From Candidatus Geocrenenecus arthurdayi (GTDB lineage Archaea; Thermoproteota; Nitrososphaeria_A; Caldarchaeales; Wolframiiraptoraceae), in contig JAKCEX010000013.1 in NCBI GenBank assembly GCA_023539395.1, positions 202 to 24,201 on the forward strand: a stretch of 24,000 nucleotides of DNA, in the 5' to 3' direction. Positions within the stretch are counted from its first letter, which is position 1; every line of letters starts with the position of its first letter. The position numbers and the translations under genes were made by a program. Positions 14,513 to 24,000 of the stretch are shown piece after piece. The notes under the pieces were generated by a model that worked only from the letters and a program-made list of their open reading frames with translations, ran no database searches and was not told where the DNA came from.

Positions 14513-16741
14513 ATGCAGGAGGATGTTCTGATAGTTACTACACTGTCTATACTAGCGGGTATAGTAGGAGTCTTCATAGCAGTTTTCCTATACTATCTTG
14601 TTCAAAGGTATCCGAAAGGTTCAAGAGAGATGCTTGAGGTCTGGAATGCCATTAGAGAAGGGGCTAAAGCATATATGTCTAAGCAGGTTAAGACTATAAT
14701 GTCTTTTACACTCGGCTTATCTATTACTGTTCTAGTAATGATATATTCTATCTATACACTCACTATGAATATACCTTACGATATAGCTTTGAAGGAAGCA
14801 ATGCTTACAGCAGTATCAGTCCTCGTGGGTGGAGCATCATCTATAGCTGCAGCCTTCTTCAGCATGGATGCATCAACAAGAACAAACGTAAGAGTAACAG
14901 AAGCAGGTAAGAAAAGCGGATTAGAAGCATTGAAGGTATCCGTTCTCGGCGGAGGGGTCTTAGGATTCTCTGTTTATAGTCTCAGTCTACTCGGACTCTC
15001 CATACTATTCCTATTATACAGCTTGATGACAAGCGGTCTCACAGAAGAAGTCGAGTTTAGAATGGCGTTAGATGCATTAGCAGGATTTGCATTTGGTGCA
15101 AGTCTCTCAGCATTATTTGCTCAACTTGGTGGAGGCATCTACACTAAAGCTGCCGATATAGGTGCAGACCTTGTTGGAAAAATTGAAGCAGGGATCCCTG
15201 AAGATGATCCTAGAAACCCTGCTGTTATAGCTGATCAAGTAGGAGATAATGTAGGAGACTGTGCAGGTAGGGGTGCAGACATATTTGAATCTGTTACTGC
15301 GGAAACACTAGGTGGAATGATTATTGGTTGGGTGCTGTATGTATTAACTAGCCAGCCATTATTCATGGTTCTTCCACTTGCTATAGGTGCTGTTGGAGTA
15401 ATCTCTACGATAGCAGGATTAGCTGGAATACTCTCATACCGTAGGTTTAGAGAAGCATTTGAACCATTCGCATTCGGTATAGTCGTTTCAGCAATAATCT
15501 CAATACTGACATATGCTCTCGTAGTCTACTTGCTGTTCCCTCTCCAATGGTTGTACATGCTTGCAGCTGGAACAGCTGGGATAATGGGGGCCACACTCGT
15601 AGTACTCTCAACTAATAGATATACTGGAATGAAGTCTAAGCTAGTTCAAGAAGTTGCTATAGCAGCTCAGAGTGGCCCAGCTATAAACATCTTATCAGGG
15701 CTTTCAGTTGGGTTGAGAGCTGTAGCAGAACCAATTATAATAATAACTGTAGCTTTAGGGTTAGCATTCTATGCTGGAAAGAGTATGCCTTTACCTGGGG
15801 TAGCTGACGGCTGGTTGATAGATTTTATTAAGGGGGTTTTCGGTACAGCTTTAGCTACTAGAGGTATGCTATCTCTTGCTGGAACTATTATGACTCTTGA
15901 TGGTGCTGGGCCAATTGCAGATAATGCTGGAGGTATAGCTGAAATGGCTAGACTCGAAGAGAAGGTTAGAGCTAATCTGGATCCTCTAGATGCTGTAGGA
16001 AATACTACTAAAGCTTTAACTAAAGGTTACGCAATGGCTTCTGCAACTATTGCTACTCTATTATTATTCCAAGCATTCATCCAAGATTATGTTGCTCGGC
16101 AGGTTGGAATACTTGAATTAAATACTTCCACTCTACTACAAGCTATGGGTAGATTCATAGACTACATAATCCTATTAAAGCCAGATATCATAATATCAGT
16201 TCTCGTAGGTGCATTGCTTCCATACTTATTTTCAGGGATTGCATTGAAAGCTGTATCAAGAGCTGCCTTCCAGATGGTTGAAGAAGTTAGAAGACAGTTC
16301 AGGGAGATACCTGGTCTCCTAGATGGAAACGCTAAGCCTGATTATTATCGCGCTGTCTCAATAAGTACTGAATATGCATTAAAGAGCATGGCCGGTCCAG
16401 CCCTCCTAATAATTATAACACCCTTGATAATTGGTGTCCTGTTCGGTGGACCTGGTGTAGGTGCTCTAGTAATAGGTGCCACAGCCTCAACCATACCTCT
16501 AGCTATAATGATGATGTGGGGTGGAGCTACATGGGATAATGCTAAGAAATTCATTGAAGCAGGAAATCTTGGAGGTAAACGTTCATCTACACATCAAGCT
16601 GCAGTTGTAGGTGATACTGTAGGTGATCCACTTAAAGATACAGTTGGACCTTCACTACATATACTGATTAAGCTACTAAACACAATCTCGCTTGTATTCA
16701 TTCCACTATACTTCCTATGGATACTACACGCTGTTATATGA
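14513..16741 (+). CDS. hppA: Membrane-bound pyrophosphatase, predicted K+-independent H+-translocating type
   Basis: Contains GGGIYTKAADIGADLVGKIEAGIPEDDPRNPAVIADQVGDNVGDCAGRGADIFES, DAVGNTTKALTKGYAMASA, and GGAWDNAKKF-like GGATWDNAKKFIE...VVGDTVGDPLKDTVGPSLHILIKL. Multiple TM segments. Confidence 0.97.
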   Translation: MQEDVLIVTTLSILAGIVGVFIAVFLYYLVQRYPKGSREMLEVWNAIREGAKAYMSKQVKTIMSFTLGLSITVLVMIYSIYTLTMNIPYDIALKEAMLTAVSVLVGGASSIAAAFFSMDASTRTNVRVTEAGKKSGLEALKVSVLGGGVLGFSVYSLSLLGLSILFLLYSLMTSGLTEEVEFRMALDALAGFAFGASLSALFAQLGGGIYTKAADIGADLVGKIEAGIPEDDPRNPAVIADQVGDNVGDCAGRGADIFESVTAETLGGMIIGWVLYVLTSQPLFMVLPLAIGAVGVISTIAGLAGILSYRRFREAFEPFAFGIVVSAIISILTYALVVYLLFPLQWLYMLAAGTAGIMGATLVVLSTNRYTGMKSKLVQEVAIAAQSGPAINILSGLSVGLRAVAEPIIIITVALGLAFYAGKSMPLPGVADGWLIDFIKGVFGTALATRGMLSLAGTIMTLDGAGPIADNAGGIAEMARLEEKVRANLDPLDAVGNTTKALTKGYAMASATIATLLLFQAFIQDYVARQVGILELNTSTLLQAMGRFIDYIILLKPDIIISVLVGALLPYLFSGIALKAVSRAAFQMVEEVRRQFREIPGLLDGNAKPDYYRAVSISTEYALKSMAGPALLIIITPLIIGVLFGGPGVGALVIGATASTIPLAIMMMWGGATWDNAKKFIEAGNLGGKRSSTHQAAVVGDTVGDPLKDTVGPSLHILIKLLNTISLVFIPLYFLWILHAVI

Positions 16742-16820
16742 CCTGCCTAGACATATCCAAGTACTTTTCCTACATATACCTTGGAAACACTCTTATACTA
16801 CTTGAACTATCTTAAGATCA

Positions 16821-17348
16821 ATGAGTTTTCTCAAAGAAATTCTTGAAGAACCATCCCACATGTTCTCCAAGATAGAATTTGAAGTCCTAGAATACTTGGA
16901 AAGATGCTCATGGGGGGCTACGATCTATGAGATAGCTAGGAATGTAAAGTGCTCTTTTAAGTCTCTTTATGCTGTTCTAAGAATTCTCGAGAAGAATGGT
17001 TGGATAGCAGTAACAAGGGAGAGAAACGGCAATATTGGTAGACCTAGAAACAAATATATCCTCAGAAGGAGCCTAGGGTCTATAATTAGAGAACTAGAAG
17101 ATTGTGGATGCGAAATTAGAGATGGTAAAACTAGGTTCTTAAATCTTACCAAGGTCGCTTACCCGTACTCTCTTACTATCTTTAAAAGGTCTTTGGCTAA
17201 GTTAAAGTATAGTGAGTGTCTTATAACATTAATGGGAGATGAGACTGCATATCCAGAATTTATCGAGGCAGCGTACAGGAAAAATGTAAAACTGGTAAAT
17301 ATTTCTATCAATAACAATAACGTGAGGATGATCTTCAAGAAGACTTAA
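16821..17348 (+). CDS. Winged-helix DNA-binding protein with putative degenerate TusA/SirA-like C-terminal domain
   Basis: N-terminal wHTH: FEVLEYLERCSWGATIYEIARNVKCSFKSLYAVLRILEKNGWIAVTRE...GRPRNKYIL. The C-terminus YPYSLTIFKRSLAKLKYSECLITLMGDETAYPEFIEAAYRKNVKLVNISINNNNVRMIFKK matches the TusA pattern (CPxPLxxxKxALxKLxxGExLxVxxDDPxAxxDIxxxAxxxGHxLxxxxxxxxxxxFxIxK), without the Cys. Confidence 0.75.
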   Translation: MSFLKEILEEPSHMFSKIEFEVLEYLERCSWGATIYEIARNVKCSFKSLYAVLRILEKNGWIAVTRERNGNIGRPRNKYILRRSLGSIIRELEDCGCEIRDGKTRFLNLTKVAYPYSLTIFKRSLAKLKYSECLITLMGDETAYPEFIEAAYRKNVKLVNISINNNNVRMIFKKT

Positions 17349-17441
17349 AATCTATAACTTTGAAACCTATCTTTTCATACTATCATCTATGGATACAAGT
17401 CTACGGATACAAGGCGGCTCTTAAACTAAGGAAAAATTAAT

Positions 17442-18440
17442 ATGAACCATGATAAAACAAATAATGTTAGAAAAATCATGGAGAAAACAAATAGAAATGG
17501 TCTGTTGAAGAATCTTTCAAGTGAGATTACGAAACTTGTAGAAGGCATATCAGAGAGTGTTGCAAGTGTAGTTACTACTTCATTAACGATAGATGCTTTC
17601 CTTAGAGTTGTCCCTGTGAGGGGCGTAGGATCAGCATTTGTTATATCTGAAGATGGATACCTGGTAACTAACAGCCATGTAGTTGCGAATGCTGAATCTA
17701 TAACACTTCTGATAGAGGGTCAAACTCTTCAAGCCAGAATATTATCGCTTGATCCATCAAGAGATATAGCGCTACTGAAGACTCAAGTAGGAAAACTTAA
17801 ACCCATTAAGCTTGGAGACTCTGATAAAGTGAGTGTAGGCGAGCTTGTACTAGCTATTGGTAGCCCTCTAGGTTTGCCTGGTCCAAACGTTAGTATAGGT
17901 GTTGTAAGCGCTAAGGGTAGAGCGATTGAAGGTGAAGGGTTTATACTTGAAGACTTGATACAGACAGATGCTGCAATAAATCCTGGAAATAGTGGTGGCC
18001 CCTTGGTTAACATGGATGGAGAAGTTATAGGTGTTACAACGGCTATCATACCTTTTGCACAGGGAATAGGCTTTGCTATACCAATAAATACTGTGAAACG
18101 TTTTATTGAAATGATCTCTAAGTATGGTAGACCTATTAGAGCATACATAGGAGTCGTTACAACACCATTAAATGAGCAGATAGCTGGATACTATGGGCTA
18201 CCTGTACGTGAAGGATTAATAGTCTTGAGAGTATTGAGGGATAGCCCAGCAGATGAATATGGAATAAGAGAAGGAGACATCATTACGCATGCAGGATCCC
18301 ATAAACTAAAGAGCGTAGGTGAGTTAAGAAGGATAATAGAAGAATCAATAGAACTTGGTAAAGTCAGGTTAAAAATATTTAGAGGTTGGAGGGAGATAGA
18401 GCTAGAAGTACCTATAGCAATCGAGAGAGTTGGCTACTAG
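17442..18440 (+). CDS. HtrA/DegP-like trypsin-fold serine protease with PDZ domain
   Basis: Catalytic triad His (GYLVTNSHVV), Asp (SRDIALLK), Ser (DAAINPGNSGGPLVN). PDZ-like C-terminus GLIVLRVLRDSPADEYGIREGDIITHAG. No obvious N-terminal signal or TM segment. Confidence 0.92.
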   Translation: MNHDKTNNVRKIMEKTNRNGLLKNLSSEITKLVEGISESVASVVTTSLTIDAFLRVVPVRGVGSAFVISEDGYLVTNSHVVANAESITLLIEGQTLQARILSLDPSRDIALLKTQVGKLKPIKLGDSDKVSVGELVLAIGSPLGLPGPNVSIGVVSAKGRAIEGEGFILEDLIQTDAAINPGNSGGPLVNMDGEVIGVTTAIIPFAQGIGFAIPINTVKRFIEMISKYGRPIRAYIGVVTTPLNEQIAGYYGLPVREGLIVLRVLRDSPADEYGIREGDIITHAGSHKLKSVGELRRIIEESIELGKVRLKIFRGWREIELEVPIAIERVGY

Positions 18441-18462
18441 CATTTCTTATCTTCTATTTAGC

Positions 18463-18903
<441 letters not shown>

Positions 18904-19100
18904 TTACCTGTTTATTAGTTTTTCGGGGTACAAGCCTAAACACTTAGATATGAGAAGAAGGGCTAAACATCATCTACAGGCTAGTCTCTCCACATGATTC
19001 TTTCTATATTTTAACCTACATCATTGTGAGTGAAGTCGAAATGGTTATTTAAGGTATTTTTGGAATTAAAAAGATATAAGCAGGAATCAAAATAAAAAAT

Positions 19101-19415
19101 GTGAGAGACTTGGGAGAATCTGTAGAATGTAATAAGTGTCTTCATTTTACTGTTCATCCAAGTTATCCGTACATTGTGATATGTGTGGATTTAGGGCAGG
19201 TGGTTGCTCAGCCTAGAGAAGCCTGTAGGAATTATGTAAGTAAGACTTGGGACAGGTTAATTAAACAGTTATCTGAATCAGGATTCTTATATTGTGTTGA
19301 GTGTAGCAGACCCATATTCAATGAGGAAGAACTACGTAAGCATAAAACCGAGTTTATCCCATTTGAATTCTTCACTGATGAGGTAGCTTATGAAGAAGCG
19401 CCTTCCGGAGACTAG
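19101..19415 (+). CDS. Small Cys-rich protein (104 aa), candidate Zn- or Fe-S-binding, unknown function
   Basis: GTG start. CxxC (10,13), C28, C42, CxxC (65,68). Located just upstream of the OFOR genes on the same strand. Confidence 0.7.
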   Translation: MRDLGESVECNKCLHFTVHPSYPYIVICVDLGQVVAQPREACRNYVSKTWDRLIKQLSESGFLYCVECSRPIFNEEELRKHKTEFIPFEFFTDEVAYEEAPSGD

Positions 19416-19501
19416 CACTTAGAAGAAAACTCAAACCTTAGTCTTATGAGTAACTTGGGTAAAACAAAAAAGTTATTTAGAAACGTTCATCAATAAACCA
19501 T

Positions 19502-22340
<2,839 letters not shown>

Positions 22341-22386
22341 GATGCAATCGCCCATTTACACTTTATCTCTAATCTTTAGATGGAGA

Positions 22387-22851
22387 CTATGCGACAAGCA
22401 TGGTTTTCTCTTCAAATAATTTTTTTATCCTCTCAGTGATTTTTGTATAATAAGGATGGCTGTATCCAATTACTATATAATCAGCCCTACTCATGTGAGG
22501 CACTAATGAATGTAGAGAGACATACTCTCCATGTAATGTTTTGGCTTTAATATTCTTATTACCTGCCATTTGTAGTATCTTCTCTAGCACTTGATTTGCT
22601 TCCTTCAACTCTTCTTGAAAACCTTTTTCGGAGAAAGAGTAAATCAATGCTAGATGGTCCCCTACGCCTCTTCTTACACTAGGTGTAGACATACTCTCGA
22701 TAGTTTTCTTCTTGAAAACATAGGCTACCAAAAGGTCTAAATTCTTAGAAGAAGCTATCTCAACTGCTTTTTCACCAGCTCTCATTCCATATGCTAGATC
22801 AAAAATTACGAGTAAGACGTACCCCTTAACCAATTTTTCTCTATCTACCAA
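22387..22851 (-). CDS. Universal stress protein (UspA)-like, divergent
   Basis: USP-like alpha/beta pattern: EKAVEIASSKNLDLLVAYVF and SRADYIVIGYSHPYYTKITERIKKLF. Lacks the canonical GxxGx9G(S/T) ATP-binding motif. Confidence 0.55.
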   Translation of the reverse strand: MVDREKLVKGYVLLVIFDLAYGMRAGEKAVEIASSKNLDLLVAYVFKKKTIESMSTPSVRRGVGDHLALIYSFSEKGFQEELKEANQVLEKILQMAGNKNIKAKTLHGEYVSLHSLVPHMSRADYIVIGYSHPYYTKITERIKKLFEEKTMLVA

Positions 22852-22882
22852 GGAGTATTAACTCAGAATGGTAATATAAATT

Positions 22883-24000
22883 TTAATCGAGGTGTCTATA
22901 AAGTAGCCCGAATATAAGTCTACCTACTGCTATAATAATATATAGAAACGTTAATGCGTAATCTAGTGGCCACAGATGCTGAAGTAGCTCTAGGGCGTAC
23001 CCTGCTACCATTGAACCAGTAAAGAAAGCTAATCCAAGTGATAAATTGTATACAGCTGCATAGAACCCCTTCTCCTCCATCGGTGTCTTCTCTAGAAGAT
23101 ATGTTAAAGAAGCTGCATCGTAAAATACACTAAAAACACCTACTAATATGTTTATCAAGATTAGGAAGGGAAGTTGAGGTGCTAAGGCATAGACTAACGG
23201 GATTAACGCCATACTTGAACTACTTAATGTAAGGATTATAGATGTCTTCACTAGTGAAAAGCGTTCTCTAAGCAAAGCTAATCCTACTGCGCCTGATAAT
23301 CCGAAAACAATATCTAATAGGCTTATCTCGAACAGGCTTAACATAGATATCTTAGTTAACGTAATAGTGAAGAGTGGCCAAGCCATAGATAAGAAGAAGC
23401 CGAATGCTGTTGATAGAACTAAGAAGTTGAAGAACTTACCATGCCTCCTAATTTTAAGATTCTTTAAAGAAGCTGGGTAAGCATTTTTCGTATCTATATC
23501 TGGTTCTTCGCAGAATATCAAGACTATGATTGACCCTATAAATGTTGATGAAGCAGCTATCAGGAATCCAACTGTGAAACCATTCAAGCCGAAGAATGAT
23601 GATAGACCAACTGATAAGGTTGCCGCCACCCATCCTAAGTAATTTAAAGAATTAATATTTTCTGAGAATCTCCTCCACCTGTCTTCACTTATTACTTGCG
23701 ATGAATATGCTATGAATGTAGGTATGCTCATCGAGCTAGCTATCGAATGAAGTATTACCAGTACGATGAAACCCATAATGTATTTCACGAATAGTAAAGA
23801 TATCATGATTATTGCTGAGAAGATTCCACCTAGAATGATGAAAAAGACAAATCTCTTTATCTTGTGACTGACATACCCCCAGAGTAACTGGAAAAAGTTT
23901 AGGGATAGGTTACTTAAAGCATAAAGTATACCTACTTCAATCGATGAAGCTCCAAGTTCTATTCCATATATTGGAATGAAAGGTGAGCTTGCACCATAAT
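22883..24000 (-). CDS. Major facilitator superfamily (MFS) transporter, truncated by the right window edge
   Basis: The track starts at internal Met 23806, but the frame stays open to 24000. Manual translation of the extension is YGASSPFIPIYGIELGASSIEVGILYALSNLSLNFFQLLWGYVSHKIKRFVFFIILGGIFSAII-M, with typical MFS loop 2-3 motif A (GYVSHKIKR) and multiple TM segments. Confidence 0.85.
   Translation of the reverse strand, partial: YGASSPFIPIYGIELGASSIEVGILYALSNLSLNFFQLLWGYVSHKIKRFVFFIILGGIFSAIIMISLLFVKYIMGFIVLVILHSIASSMSIPTFIAYSSQVISEDRWRRFSENINSLNYLGWVAATLSVGLSSFFGLNGFTVGFLIAASSTFIGSIIVLIFCEEPDIDTKNAYPASLKNLKIRRHGKFFNFLVLSTAFGFFLSMAWPLFTITLTKISMLSLFEISLLDIVFGLSGAVGLALLRERFSLVKTSIILTLSSSSMALIPLVYALAPQLPFLILINILVGVFSVFYDAASLTYLLEKTPMEEKGFYAAVYNLSLGLAFFTGSMVAGYALELLQHLWPLDYALTFLYIIIAVGRLIFGLLYRHLD

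Noticed and set aside
16345-18148. ORFs 16345-16554(-), 16967-17152(-), 17783-18148(-)
   Set aside because: Antisense to hppA, the HTH gene and the HtrA gene. The 121-aa one is long but lies wholly opposite the conserved protease core.

Overview
This window looks like ordinary thermophilic archaeal chromosome, probably TACK/Thermoproteota-like. That placement is inferred from gene content, not computed. I saw no CRISPR array, transposon, rRNA, prophage or defence island. Genes in order: (1) the N-terminal part of an ATP-dependent DNA ligase running off the left edge (-), which the ORF track misses; (2) AcnA-type aconitase (+); (3) a pterin/C1-carrier locus of beta-RFAP synthase (-), MptA (+) and MptE (+); (4) S-methyl-5'-thioadenosine phosphorylase with a C-terminal CXC motif (+); (5) PheS (+); (6) RdgB/HAM1 and Bud32 (-, overlapping by 4 nt); (7) tRNA-Cys(GCA) (-); (8) a nitroreductase-family protein (+) and a GGPP-type prenyl synthase (+); (9) a DUF763 protein (-) divergent from a membrane pyrophosphatase with K+-independent signature residues (+); (10) a winged-helix protein with what looks like a Cys-less TusA-like C-terminal domain (+); (11) an HtrA-like protease without an obvious signal peptide (+); (12) zinc-containing ferredoxin (-), a small Cys-rich protein (+) and 2-oxoacid:ferredoxin oxidoreductase alpha and beta (+); (13) a divergent USP-like protein (-) and an MFS transporter running off the right edge (-). 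The best leads are the HTH-TusA-like fusion and its operon context, the Cys-rich protein beside OFOR, the shared divergent TATA element, and two small ORFs below the track threshold. I do not see convincing evidence for a dramatic new multi-gene system. All homology calls come from recognised motifs, because no database search was possible.
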